DNA from: Zootoca vivipara
Taxonomy: Eukaryota
DNA: 64,000 bases
Assembly (NCBI RefSeq): GCF_963506605.1
Contig: NC_083282.1
Span: 95,790,001-95,854,000 of the forward strand
Reading direction: 5' to 3'
Positions 51,201 through 63,428 of the stretch are shown in pieces. The translations under genes and the position numbers were made by a program. Numbering within the stretch: position 1 is the first letter of the stretch; each line of letters opens with the position of its first letter. Under the pieces are notes generated by a model. That model did not search any database. It was not told the DNA's origin and was given only the letters and a program-made list of their open reading frames with translations.

Positions 51201-54200
51201 AGATGAGGTGATCAGGCACTCCCATTTCTTTAAGAACTTGCCATAGTTTGCTGTGGTCGACACAGTCAAAGGCTTTTGCATAGTCAATGAAGCAGAAGTA
51301 GACGTTTTTCTGGAACTCTCTAGCTGTCTCCATAATCCAGCGCATGTTTGCTATTTGGTCTCTGGTTCCTCTGCCCTTTCGAATTAGAGACTCTCTAATT
51401 TCCCTCTTTTTCTTCTGCAGAGCCTCGAGATGGAGGAGGCTGCCAGCAGAACTCAAGTGGGCAGCGTGAAGGGGGCTCTGGCCCTGGCAGAGCTGCTTAC
51501 TGGCTGGAGGCAAGCGGTGGTCCTGAGCCTAGAGTGGAGCGGAGGGTTGGCTCTGGCCGGACCCCCCACCAGGACGGGGCGCGCAACCCCAGGCGGCTGG
51601 GGGCAGAGGGGAGCCGACCCCCTCGCAGAGGGGGCGTCTGGCCTGGGGCTGATCGGAGGGAGGAGTGGAGGACTGGGGGGCAGAACCAGGGAGGGCCGGC
51701 CAGGGATGGCCCAAGAAGGCAAAGAGAGGGGGCCCCAAACACTGAGCCCACCCAGCGGCCCCACGCAGGACCAAGAGGCGCTCTGCAGCACCGGGGCCCG
51801 ATGATCAGCACCCGCTTCCTCCATGAACTCCTGGAGAAGGACCCTTCGGAGGTGGCCATCACGCTGGCTTCCAACCCCAGCCTACGGGAGGCGCTCTCCC
51901 CAGTTGTCATGAGGCCGGACTTGGTGCAGCTGCTGTGCCAGGTTCTCAACAAGGCCTGCCTCTCCCGCATGGACCGCCAGAGCATTCAGCGGCTGCTGGA
52001 GACGTTGAAGGAGTCCTCCTTCCTCCGGGTCTACCTGCCCCAGTACGTGGCCGACATGCTGACGGAGGCCCGGCCGGAGGTGCGGCGCCAGTGCCCCCAG
52101 CACATTGCCAGCGTGGTGGCGCTGCTCCAGGAGCTGGTCAGCATCTTCCCGGCCAGCTCCCTCCAGAAGGTGGCCATGCTGATGTCCGTCCTGCCGGGCT
52201 CCGTCAACGGCCTCCGAGCGCTGGGGGTGGACTTCCCGGAGGAGCTGGACCGGAGCCTGGAGAAGCTGCAGGGCTTCGTCCAGCACCTCCAGGAGCGGCG
52301 GCGCGAGGGCACCTTGCGGGTGGACAGCTGCACCCTCCTCCAGCCCACGGCACCCGGCGAGGAAGGGGAGTACCGCACCATGTCCATCTACCCCACCTAT
52401 GAGGAGGTGAACGGCAGCCAGAAGCCCTTCCTGCGCCCCAACCTCATCAGCCAGCCCTACGAGAGCCCCGCCATTTACCTGGACACCCACTTTCGCCTCC
52501 TGAGGGAGGACTTTGTCCGGCCACTGAGGGAGGGCATCCTCCAGTTCCTCCAGAGCTTAGAGGACGCCGGCCCAGGCAGGAGGAGGAGGTTTGATGACAT
52601 CCAGGTGTACCTGGACGCCCGGGTCCTGGCTCCGCTCTGCTCCCGGACCGGCATTGACTACATGGTGCACTTTGATTCCAAGCCGCTGCGCGGCGTCCGG
52701 TGGGAGAACTCCAAGCGCCTGCTGTACGGCTCCTTGGTCTGCCTGTCCAAGGACAACTTTGAGACCTTCCTCTTTGCCACGGTCTCCAACCGGGAGCCCA
52801 AGGAGCTGTGCAAGGGCTTTGTCCACCTCTCCTTCGCCGGCCACAGCGAGGCCCTGCTGGCCGAGGTTCAGCCCTCTGACTCCTTCGTCATGGTGGAGAC
52901 CACCGCCTACTTTGAGGCCTACCGACATGTCCTGCAGGGGCTGCAGGAGCTGCAGGAGGAAGACATCCCCTTCCAGAGGTACATTGTTCACTGCGAGGCC
53001 CAGGTGAGGGAGCCGGCTTACCTGCGGAGGGAGCTGGGAAGCAGCGTCTACGACCTCAGGTGCCTGATGGCCAAGCCACCCCCTGCTGCTGAGGCTTCTG
53101 GGGCGGGAGGAGCCCCCGAGGGCCACGTGGACGTGCTGGACCCCTCCCAGTGGCCGACGCAGGAAGCCGTGGGCCTGGATGAGTCCCAGCTGCAAGCCCT
53201 GAAACTCGCCCTGACCAAGGAGCTGGCCATCATCCAGGGGCCTCCGGGGACAGGTGAGTCGGGGTGTCCCATCCTCCCAGGAAGAGGGGTCTGTTGCAGG
53301 AAGTGGGGTTGGGAGGGGGAGCCTTCCGCCGCAGAGGAGGCAACTCTCCTCCGGGGTTCCAGGATCTCTCCAGGGCCAGAAACACTATGTATTTATCACA
53401 TTTACGTCCTTGGATGGCGTAGTCCCGTACAAACTTTGACACACATCCGAAAGATATGTCAGCAGAGTCAGCAAAAGCAGAGTTGTTGTGGAATTGTAGC
53501 ATCAATCATCTTTATTTACAGCAAAGAAATAAAAGTAACAGTTGTGTGAGCAGCTTCCTTACACATCCTCTTTGTTGGAGAGAGAAAGAACAAAGAGCAG
53601 AGGTTGATCAGCCTGACTTCCATTCGCACATTGATAACAAATGAAATCAGCCAGTCTTGTGACCCTTGGCGATAGTGGCAGTGAAAAATACTGACAATTT
53701 CCTCCAAGGAGCTCAGGGTGCAACATACAGAGTTCTGCCTGTTTTAGCCACACACCAACCCTGTGAGGTAGGCTAGGCCAGGCATCCCCAAACTCCGGCC
53801 CTCCAGATGTTTTGGACTACAATTCCCATCTTCCCCAACCACAGGTCCTGTTAGCTAGGGATCATGGGAGTTGTAGGCCAAAACATCTGGAGGGCCGCAG
53901 TTTGGGGATGCCTGGGCTAGGCCAAGAGGCAGCAACTGGCTGCCGAGGTCACACCAAGTGAAGTGCAAGGCCGACTTAGGGATTTGAACCCAGGTCTCTC
54001 CCAGATCCTAGTCTGACGCTCTAACCACTGTACCACCATGCCTCTCCAGATGGAGGCTCATATTTCTGCCTGAAACTGGGGTGGGTGTAAAGTGGAGCCA
54101 GCCGGCCAGCTGGATCCTGACATCCCACAAGGCCCACTTTTCCGACACCCCCCCCCCCGGTCACTCAGGCGTCGGGTGTCTTCCTTTGCCTCACGGTGTT

Positions 54201-57200
54201 TGAACCCGAGCCAAGGCCGGAGGGGGCTGGTTGCCCGCAGTTCCTGCTTGGAATGGCAGTGTGGGCTCTTTCCTTGCCCCTGGCAAGGTGGCTGTGGCAC
54301 AGGGGGTGCTAGCCTTTTCTTGGCCGTGGGGGAAGAACTGAGGCTGTGGGGGGGGGCTCTGATGCCCGCTGGGAGTTGGCAGACGGAGCTTCCTGCTTTG
54401 ATGGGGCTTTTCCCACAGGGAAGACCTATGTTGGGCTGAAGATCATGGAAGTTCTGCTGGAAAACAAGGCCGTCTGCGGAGAGACCCCCATCCTTGTGGT
54501 CTGCTACACCAACCATGCCCTGGACCAGTTCCTGGAAGGTGGGGGTCTGCCTGCCCTGAGCAGCAGCACTTTGGCCGGGGCGGGAGGGGTAGAACAGAAA
54601 ATCACAGGGTGGTCGAGTTGGAAGGGGACCCTCAAAGGTCATCCAGTCCAACCCTCTGCAATGCAGGAATTACTGAGACTCCTTTGCAGGGGGGGGGTCA
54701 TTCCATGGCTGGTTGCCCATTGTCCTGGCAGTGGCAGTCCCCCTGTGTGGATCCCCTGCTTAGATATCACACCTTGACTTTTACATCTCCCCCCCCCCCC
54801 AAAGGAATCCTAGAGTTCCAGCCGAGGGGAATCGTGCGGGTTGGCAGCAGAAGCAACAGCGAGAAGTTGAAGCCCTTCACCCTGCAGCAGCTGCGGGACA
54901 GAAGCGACTTCTTCAGAGGCCTGCCTGGCCACCTCCGGTGGTCCCACCATGATGTACGTGCGAGGAGGGGGGGGGCTGGTTTGGAGGGTGTCGTTTGTGG
55001 GGAGGAGGGTGTTTGCTGGGACTTTGCCCAGGAGAACAGCCAGATCAGCAAAGCACAGGGAAATGGAGGTCCCCACCTAGAGCAGAAGGAGGGACCCCAA
55101 GAGTCATCTAGTCAACCACTGCAATGCAGAAATCGCAGCCCAAGAACCCCTCCCATATGGCCACCCAGCCTATGTTGAAGGATAGAGACCACCTCCCTTC
55201 TGGGGGGGTCTGTCACATAGTCGAACATCTCTTAATCTTAAAGTTATTCCTGATGTTCAGGCCATGGCCAGAAGAAGAAGAGTTTGGATTTGGTATCCCA
55301 CTTTATCACTACCTAAGGAGTCTCAAAGCGGCTAACATTCTCCTTTCCCTTCCTCCCCCACAACAAACACTCTGTGAGGGGAGAGGAGCTGAGAGACTTC
55401 AAAGAAGTGTGACTTAACCACTACACCACCCATTGGAGCGCAGCACCTGTGGAAATGCTGCCTTGGTGCTGAAAGGGAGCTCTAAGCTGCCTCTGCAGAC
55501 CAGGGCCAGAGCTGGAGGTTGTGCGGAGCAGAGGAACTCAGCAGGGCACCCTTTGGGGGAGACCAGTTGGAGGCGCCAGCAGAGGAAGGGCAGGGAGCGG
55601 AGCTGCCCGGCCAGGCGCCCCCAGCTGTCCTCTGCTGGAGGCACCGCACTGGGTCTTGTTCCCTCGCTGGGCTTTGTCTGCTCAAGGGGCTGACCTGGCC
55701 TCTTTTTCCCGAGTGCAGATCACCAGCGAGATGCGGGAGGCCGAGGCCGAACTCACCCGAGGGGCAGCTCAGCTGGAGTGTGGGCTGCGCGGGATTCTGC
55801 ACGAGAAGCACCTGCGGAGCTGCATCTCCAGCCAGCACTGGGAGAGCCTCAAGGGGGGCCTGGTAAGGAGAAGGAGCAGGGGGGAAGCAGCCCCACAAGA
55901 AGACACCCCACCGGGATCTCTCCGTCTTAGGGACCAAGAGCCCCTGAGAGGGCAGAGGGGGAGCCCCCAACTCCTCCAGGGCTTCTCCAGCCCCTCAGCT
56001 GGAAACAACAGAGCAGGGGCCCAAAGTCTTGGGCGAGAGTGTCATTTGCTTTGGCTGCTCTGACCAGTAGGAATTCTCCCTCAAAGGTGTCGGGGGGGGG
56101 CTTCATGGGGACTCCAGTCATGGAAGAAACCACCTTATTTATTTATTTACTTATTTACTTACTTATTTACTTATTTATTGCTTGAAATGTGTGTATTTAT
56201 ATACGTAGAAACAATGAAGGAAAAAACAGAATGTTGAAAGTTTCTAACCATCTAAGGTAAAGGTAAAGGGACCCCTGACAATTAGGTCCACTTGTGACCG
56301 ACTCTGGGGTTGCGGCGCTCATCTCGTGTTATTCGCCGAGAGAGACGGCGTACAGCTTCTGTGGCCAGCATGACTAAGCCGCTTCCAGCGAACCAGAGCA
56401 GTGCACGGAAACGCCGTTTACCTTCCCGCCAGAGCGGTACCTATTTATCTACTTGTACTTTGACGTGCTTTCGAACTACAGTGGTACCTCTACTTACGAA
56501 TGACTCTACTTACGAAGAGAAAAAATAGTAAAAAATGGTGGCGCCCGTACGAATTTTTCGACATCCAAACGGCCTCGCTGCCCTGCGCTCGCCGCTGCCT
56601 CAAGTCCACGGTGACGGGTCCTTCCTCACCCGCCACAGCTACGCGGCTTCTTTCTTCGTGCTCCGGAGCCCCTTCGCCCGCCTCGCCGCCGCTTACCCAT
56701 CCTGTGTGTGTCCAGCTGCACGAGCGGCATTTCCTTGAGGGCAATGTGTCCTCCACCGGCGTCTCCGCAGCTGGCCCAGCGCAGGCAGCACCACACGGGG
56801 CTGGGCACCTCTCCTGCCCTGGCGGAGGATACATCGCCCTCAAGGGGATGTTGCTCATGCGGCTGGACACACACAGGATGGGCAAGCGGCGAGGCAGGCA
56901 AAGGGGCTCCGGAGCACGAAGAAAGAAGCCGCGCAGCTCTGGCGGGTGAGGAAGCACACGTCACCGTGGACTTGAGGCAGCGGCGGTGAGCGTGGGGCAG
57001 CGAGGCAGGTGAGGCTCCGGAACAAATTAATCCATTCCCAATGCATTCCTATGGGAAACCGCGTTTCGACTTACGAATGTTTCTATGTACGAATATGCAT
57101 TCGGAACGGATTAAATTTGTAAGTAGAGGTTCCACTGTACTAGATTGGCTAGGGTAGGCTTGTCTAAAAAGGAAGTTTTCAGCAGGCGCCAAAAAGAGCA

Positions 57201-60200
57201 CAGGGGCAGCGTCTGCTTGACATCAAGAGGCAGGGAGTTCCCAAGGCAGGTGCTGCTTCTTAAACTGTCACCCCCCATGAAAGACGCATCGCCTTGGAGG
57301 GAGATTTTCCCATGAGACCCTCCGGCTGGAGAGAGACCTCCCAGCTGTTGCAAGGGTTCCTTGCCTGCCCCAGCTCCTGCTTGCCTTCCTGTCTTGGGGC
57401 TGCCTGGGACTGTGGCACCCACCCAGCCACCTGCCGCTGAGCTTGTCTGAGCTGCTCCTTCTTGCTTTAGGAAGAAGACTGGATGGATCCAACGCACTCT
57501 CTGATCCTGGAGTGGCTGGGACTTGGCGCCACGCCGGTTGAAAACGCGGCCGACCCAGAGAGGCCAGAAAATGCAGGTAGGGGGCTTTCCTTTGACAAGG
57601 AAGAGGTGGCCTGCCCACTCTCTGCCACCACCTACCGCTCTCTCTCTGACCATTCAGGCTTTGAGGAAGACCAGGAGGCGGAGGAAGGCCCACGGGCAGA
57701 GCCAGAGCTGCTGCAGGTTGTGGAGGAGGCAGACTTGATTCAGCACGAGCGGCTGCTGGACCACGATGAGGATGGGCGGCAGCGGAGGAGGAAGCCCCCC
57801 AGGCCCAACCTGGATGACCTGTTTCTGGCCATGCGGTTGGATGACGAGGAGGAGGAGAAGGGGGAGCAGAGAGCCCCACATGATGCGGAAAACGCTGGGT
57901 TTCAGGTATTGAGAGGGGGGGGGACACATTGTGTTGCATTGCAGAGGGTGAAAGCCTTAGCCCCTTTCCTGCCCCTGACCAGCTCAGCCCCTCCTTCCAG
58001 GAGGAGACTGCTCTGCTGTCGCTGCCCCTGAGGTGGGCAGGATAGGGGTTGCCCCTGCCTCCTCCTCATCTGCCCACTTGGGGATCTCTCTGCAGCTGCA
58101 GCCGGCCCAAAAGAAGAAGATGAAACGACAAGCAAAGAAGGAACTGGGAAAATGGCAGGCGATGACCAAAGAGGAGGCCGAGGCCGTCCTGGATGTGTGG
58201 CAGCTGGACCTCAGCTCTCGCTGGAAGCTCTACAGGTAACTTCTGCTGCAGGGGCTTCCGGCACCCATGCCTCCCGCCTCCCCCACAGGTAGAATAACAG
58301 AATCATGGGAAGGAACCCCAGGGGTCGACTAGTCCAACCCCCTGCAATGCAGGAGTCTCAGCTAAAGCATCGCTTAAAGATGGCTGCCCATCCTCCAAGG
58401 ATGGAGAGTCTACAACCTCTCGAGGAGATCATTCCAATGTCAAACAGCTCTTATGGTCAGAAAGTTATTCCTGAGGTTGAGTTGGAATCTCATTTCTTGC
58501 AACTTGAAGCCACAGGTTAAAGTCCTGCCCTCCAGAGCAGCAGAAAATAAGCTTGCTCTCTCTTCCCAGCCCTTGAGATATTTGAAGACGGGTCTCACAT
58601 CTCCTCTTAGCCTCCTCTTTTCCAGGCTAAACATACCCAGCTCCTTCAACCATTCCTCATAAGGCTTGGCTTCCTGACCCTTGATCAGCTTGTCAATATT
58701 CTTTTTAAATTGTGGCACCCACAGCAGGACATCGCATTCCAGGTGTGGCCTGACCAAGGCAGAATAGAGCGGGACTATGACTCCCCTTGATCTGGACACA
58801 ACATCTGTGGATGCAGCCTAGAATAGCATTGGCATTTTTTGCTGCTGCATCACACAGTTGACTCATGTTCAGCTTGTGGTCCACCAAGACCCCAAGATCC
58901 TTTTCACACGTGCCACTAGTAAGCTGGGTGCCCCCCCTCCTATTATTGGTGCAACCTGACCTTTGTACCACACAGGTACTGGTTGCAGAAGCACCAAGCT
59001 GAGATCCAGCGCCAGATGCTGCACCACAAGCAGGAGTACCAGGCGGCGGCTGACAGGCTGGCTGAGCTTCGCCAGCACCAGGACCTCCATGTCTTCAAGA
59101 CAGCCAAGATTGTGGGCATGACGACCACAGGTGAGGAGGAGGCTGTGCAGCAAGCTGCCCCCAACACCCTGTGACGGGGGGAGAGAAGGGGGGAGCCTCT
59201 CTGATGTGCTTCCTTGCCCAGCTGCAACACAACACCCCTGCAGTGCTGCCCTCCATTGGAGAGGGGGCTGGGAGGCAGGCGCCTGGCAGCTTGGCTGGGA
59301 GGCAGAGGGGGCAGAGATCAGGATGTCCCCTCACCCCCCCATCTCGCCCCAGGAGCCGCTCGGTACCGCCAGGTCCTGCAGCAGGTGGCCCCTCGTGTGG
59401 TCATTGTGGAAGAGGCGGCCGAAGTCCTTGAGGCCCACGTCATCACCACGCTGAGCAGGGCCTGCCAGCACCTCATCCTCATTGGAGACCACCAGCAGGT
59501 AGGTGGGTGGGTGGGTGGGTGGGCCAGCTGAGGGGCAGGGTCTGCTGGCCTTGGGCCCCACCCCTTCCCCCACCCACCCCCACTCCCCACTCCCCAGGCT
59601 CCATCTTCCTTCTTTCCTTGCAGCTGCGCCCCAGTGCCAACGTCTACGACTTGGCCAGGAACTTCCACCTGGAGGTTTCCCTCTTTGAGCGGCTGGTGAA
59701 GGTCGGCCTGCCCTTCGTCCGCCTCGCTTTCCAGGTGAGGCACAAGCAGGGGGCCCCCTCAGCCCCCTCCCCTCGCTTGCTTGCTTGCTTGCTCTGTGGA
59801 GACCCCTCGATCAGGCCATAGTTTCCAAAGGGAAACCCACCAAGTTGGGATATGGGTGCAAGAGCATAGATCCCCTCAGGGGATTGGGAAGCATTTACAG
59901 CCTCCAAATGGGGTTTGGAAGAAGAGTTTGGATTTGATATCCCGCTTTTATCACTCCCCGAAGGAGTCTCAAAGCGGCTAACATTCTCCTTTCCCTTCCT
60001 CCCCCACAACAAACACTCTGTGACGTGAGTGGGGCTGAGAGACTTCAGAGAAGTGTGACTAGCCCAAGGTCACCCAGTAGCTGCATGGGGAGGAGCGGAG
60101 ACACTAACCCGGTTCCCCAGATTACGAGTCTACCGCTCTTAACCACTACGCCACACTGGCTCTCAGAGCTGGGAGCCTTTCAGGCCTGGTTGGGGGCAGC

Positions 60201-62970
60201 CCAGCCCCTGGCTGCTCTCCTCTATGGTTGGCGGCCCAGAGGCAGTCCCTCTTTTTGTAAGGGCGCTTGCCTTCCCCTCTCCATCACCTCTCCCCCGGCT
60301 TGCCCTTTTTGCAGCACCGCATGAGGCCAGAGATCGCCCAGCTGCTCACCCCGCACATCTACCAGGACCTGGAGAACCATCCCTCGGTGCTCCGCTACGA
60401 GAACGTCAAGGTGAGCATCTTTCACCTCCCCTTGCCTCCTGCTGCTGGCTGGCTGGCAGCCCTTTGGCCAGGAGACTCTGCCTTGTCAGCTCAGCAGCCT
60501 CCTCTCCTCCTCTCTGCTGCAGGGCGTCTCCTCCAACCTTTTCTTCGTGGAGCACAGCTTCCTTGAGCAGGAGATCCAGGAGGGCCGCAGCCACCAGAAC
60601 CCGCACGAGGCCCAGTTTGTGGTGGAGCTGTGCCGCTACCTGCTGCGCCAGGGCTACCAGCCCTCCCAGATCAGCATCCTCACCACCTACACGGGGCAGC
60701 TCTTTTGCCTGCGCCGGTTGCTGCCGGCCAAGGAGTTCCAGGGCGTCAAGGTCCACGTGGTGGACAAGTACCAGGGGGAGGAGAACGACATCATCCTGCT
60801 CTCCCTGGTGCGCAGCAACCTGGCAGGGCGGGTGGGCTTCCTGCAGATCCCCAACCGCATCTGCGTGGCCCTTTCCCGTGCCAAAATGGGCCTCTACTGT
60901 GTGGGCAACATGGGCATGCTCAGCCAGGTGCCTCTCTGGAGCAGGATCGTGCACACTCTGCGCGAGAAGGGCCACGTGGGCCGGGCGCTGCGCCTGGCCT
61001 GCCAGAACCACCCGCAGACCAAGACGGACGTGGTGCAGGCAGCGGACTTCCGCCAGGTGCCCGAGGGGGGCTGCAGCGTCCCTTGTGACACCCGCCTGGG
61101 CTGCGGCCACGTCTGCCCCCGGGCGTGCCACCCCTACGACCCGCTGCACAAGGAGCTCCGCTGCTTGAAGCCCTGCCAGAAGGTGCTGTGTGACAATGGG
61201 CACCGCTGCCCCAGGCTGTGCTGGGAGCCCTGTGGGATGTGCCAGGTGAAGGTGCCCAAGACGGTGCCCAGGTGCGGCCACCAGCAAGAGGTCCCCTGCT
61301 CGACAGCCGCCGAGGATTTCTGCTGCCAGGAGCCCTGCAGGAAAACCCTGGAGTGCGGGCATGCCTGCCGCCTCACCTGCGGGCAGCAGTGCGAGAAGCG
61401 CTGCCCAGAGATGGTCCTGGCAACGCTGCCATGTGGGCATAGCCAGAAGGTGCCATGTTCAGCAGTGGCAGAGATGGCATACGGGCGTCCCATCCGCTGC
61501 AAGACAAAGTGTGACAGCGTCCTGGAGTGTGGGCATCCTTGCCCAGGCTCGTGCCACGCTTGCTTTGGGGGCCGCTTCCACCAGCCGTGCCGGAGCCCCT
61601 GCAAGCGCCTGCTGGTTTGCGGCCACCAGTGCCGCCAGCCCTGCACCGGGGACTGCCCCCCATGCCGCCAGCCCTGCCAGAACCGCTGCATCCACAGCCG
61701 CTGCCCCAAGCAGTGTGGGGCGCCCTGCTCTCCCTGCATGGAGCCCTGTGAGTGGCGCTGCCAGCACCACCAGTGCGGGCGCCTGTGCTCCGAGCCCTGT
61801 GATCGGCCGCGCTGCGACGTGCCCTGCCCCAAGCACCTCCCTTGCGGGCACCCTTGCGCCGGGCTGTGCGGGGAGCCCTGCCCGCAGAAGTGCCTGGCCT
61901 GTGACGCGGAGGAGCTGACGCAGATCTTCTTTGGTTGTGAGGATGAGCCTGGCGCCCGCTTTGTGCAGCTGGAGGACTGTGGGCACATCTTCAGCGCACT
62001 GGGCCTCGACCGCTACATGGATGGGGAGGAGGAGGAAGAGGAAGGGGCTGTCCGGCTGAAGGTGTGCCCCAGCTGCCAGACGCCCGTCCGGAAGAGCCTG
62101 CGCTACGGCACGTTGGTGAAGAGGAGCCTGGCAGAGGTGGAGGTGGTGAAGGGGCGCATGCAGGGCAGCTCAGCCGAGATCAAATCGGGCGCCCTCCAGT
62201 TGATGAGGGCGCTCCAACAGGAGACCACCCTGAGGCTCCACCTGTCCAGGCAGCACGAGCAGCTGAGGAAGAAGCTGGAGGACGACTCCCTCTCCGCCAG
62301 CACCCTCGGGCTGGTAGAGACCCTCTTGGGCTTCTACGCGCAGGTGGCAGGCTTGATGGCCACTATAGGAAAGTTGGCACGGCAGGAGCAGGAGGGCATG
62401 AGAAGGCGCCTGGCCGAGGTGGCCGGCTGGCTAGACCAGCCCCGCGACAGCCTCAGCAGGCAGCAGGTCTCTGAGCTGCAGACCGAGCTGCGGCGGGTGA
62501 CCTACCTGGTGGAGCTCCTGGCGAGGTGCAACACCGCTGGCAAGCAGGTGAGGCAGGCCCCCGGCACAGCGGAGCTGGTCAGCGCAGCCCGGAAGGTCCT
62601 GGAGGGGCCTGGCAGGTTTACCCCGGAGGACGAGAGGAAGGTGAAGGCCCAGCTGAAGGAGCTGGAGGCCGTCCTGCCCACTGTTGCCGGGCTGGGCATC
62701 TCCGAGGAGGAAAGGAAGCAGATTGTGGCAGCCGTCAGCGGAGCCACCCGCGGGCACTGGTTCAAGTGCCGCAATGGGCACTTCTACGTCATTGGCGAGT
62801 GTGGGGGGGCCATGCAGACGACCCGCTGCCCGGAATGCCAGGAGACCATTGGGGGGGAGGGACACAGGCTGGAGTCCAGCAACCAGCTTGCCCCTGAGAT
62901 GGACGGGGCAACCCATGCTGCCTGGTCTGAGGAGGCCAACCGCTTGAACATAAATAATTTCCTGCACTAG
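48269..62970 (+). CDS. ZNFX1: NFX1-type zinc finger-containing protein 1 (UPF1-like SF1 helicase, NF-X1 fingers, RING-like domain, C-terminal RZ finger), 13 coding exons, 1920 aa
   Basis: Exons: 48269-48335, 51421-53253, 54419-54538, 54805-54953, 55719-55862, 57471-57576, 57658-57905, 58096-58235, 58976-59130, 59353-59498, 59624-59734, 60315-60410, 60523-62970 (5763 nt). Motifs [49 protein letters not shown], Cys-rich repeats, [21 protein letters not shown]. The first exon (GCCATGG, phase-1 donor matching the phase-1 acceptor at 51421) is inferred. Confidence 0.95.
49545..51385 (-). mobile_element. 5'-truncated BovB (RTE) LINE in ZNFX1 intron 1, interrupted by a hAT MITE
   Basis: Open RT ORF ([25 protein letters not shown]), (CAA)n-type tail, 11-bp TSD AGAGACTCTCT at 49534-49544 and 51386-51396. 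Confidence 0.93.
49594..50271. mobile_element. Non-autonomous hAT transposon nested in BovB
   Basis: TIR CAGGGGCGTACCCA / TGGGTACGCCCTTG (13/14), 8-bp TSD CCCATGGA at 49586-49593 and 50272-50279. Confidence 0.9.
53779..53914. mobile_element. 136-bp hAT MITE (same family as 14464-14599) nested in an old SINE
   Basis: TIR CAGGCATCCCCAAACT, 8-bp TSD GGCTAGGC. Flanks (about 53750-54040) resemble a tRNA-derived SINE. Confidence 0.9.
56254..57160 (-). mobile_element. Sauria SINE (lacertid type) split by a Tc1/mariner-type insertion
   Basis: (AAAGGT)n tail followed by GGGACCCCTGAC...GACTCTGGGGTTGCGGCGCTCATCTCG...GGTACCTATTTATCTACTTG...TTTCGAACT, resuming briefly after 57139. Confidence 0.85.
56479..57137. 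mobile_element. Tigger/pogo-like MITE with long internal inverted repeat
   Basis: TIR CAGTGGTACCTCTACTTAC / GTAAGTAGAGGTTCCACTG, TA TSD, internal arms about 56572-56759 and 56820-57006. Confidence 0.85.
58290..58915 (-). mobile_element. Older CR1 LINE 3' fragment in a ZNFX1 intron
   Basis: [11 protein letters not shown] and [14 protein letters not shown] peptides. Shorter CR1 tails occur at about 963-1085, 17020-17080, 18157-18330, 19080-19365, 23185-23247, 41745-42055, 54595-54670 and 55075-55260. Confidence 0.85.
59917..60162 (-). mobile_element. tRNA-derived squamate SINE (Squam3-like)
   Basis: On - strand begins GAGCCAGTGTGGCGTAGTGGTTAAGAGC (A box) and ends in a (CTT)n tail. An internally deleted copy lies at about 55270-55430. 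Confidence 0.75.
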
Positions 62971-63422
62971 GAGGCCGGCCACCCTCATGGGAGCTTCTTT
63001 CCATCAGATATTTTTATATTTTATCATGTACTAATGTTTTTTATCACATTTGGGCACCCTATCATAGTGGACTTGGTTCAATGAAACAGTTGCAGAGCTT
63101 TTAACATGACAACAGTGGGTGAGATGAAACAAACAGTAAGATGAGCAGGTAAAGGCAACTCAGGAAGTTGCTCCTTCCTGTCTCTCCTCACCTGCCCTGC
63201 AGCTCCAGGAGCCACGTTCTGCTTCCCGCCTGCTCTGTCTTTTCCAAAGAAGCAAGATGACAAGTCTCAAAGTGCTTTTACAATCAAGTAGTATATCGCT
63301 TTTGTGAAACAGATAATCACCCTGGGTTGTCAGAGGGGCTGGGAGTGGGCAGTGCAGGGCCCCACTCTGCTCATGGCACCCCTGTCCTGACAACTCTATG
63401 CCTGCCAGATTTTACTGTTGCA

Positions 63423-63428
63423 AATAAA
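63423..63428 (+). terminator. Probable ZNFX1 polyadenylation signal AATAAA
   Basis: About 450 nt after the stop, with a GT-rich downstream element. Confidence 0.7.

Noticed and set aside
49897-51513. 538-aa ORF as a novel host gene
   Set aside because: It is a chimera of ZNFX1 antisense sequence, truncated BovB RT and MITE sequence, bounded by TSDs.
51430-51536. ATG 51430 or GTG 51534 as the ZNFX1 start
   Set aside because: 51430 is out of frame. The true frame is open back to the acceptor at 51421 (includes the conserved AAYW) and needs an upstream phase-1 exon.
60406-62988. Long antisense ORFs over the last ZNFX1 exon
   Set aside because: Shadow ORFs caused by high GC3 codon usage.
62990-63012. 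AGCTTCTTTCCATCAGAT resembling the recalled SNORD12 guide region
   Set aside because: No C box, terminal D box or stem; lies in the ZNFX1 3' UTR; a short match likely due to chance. I found no SNORD12/ZFAS1 elsewhere in the window.
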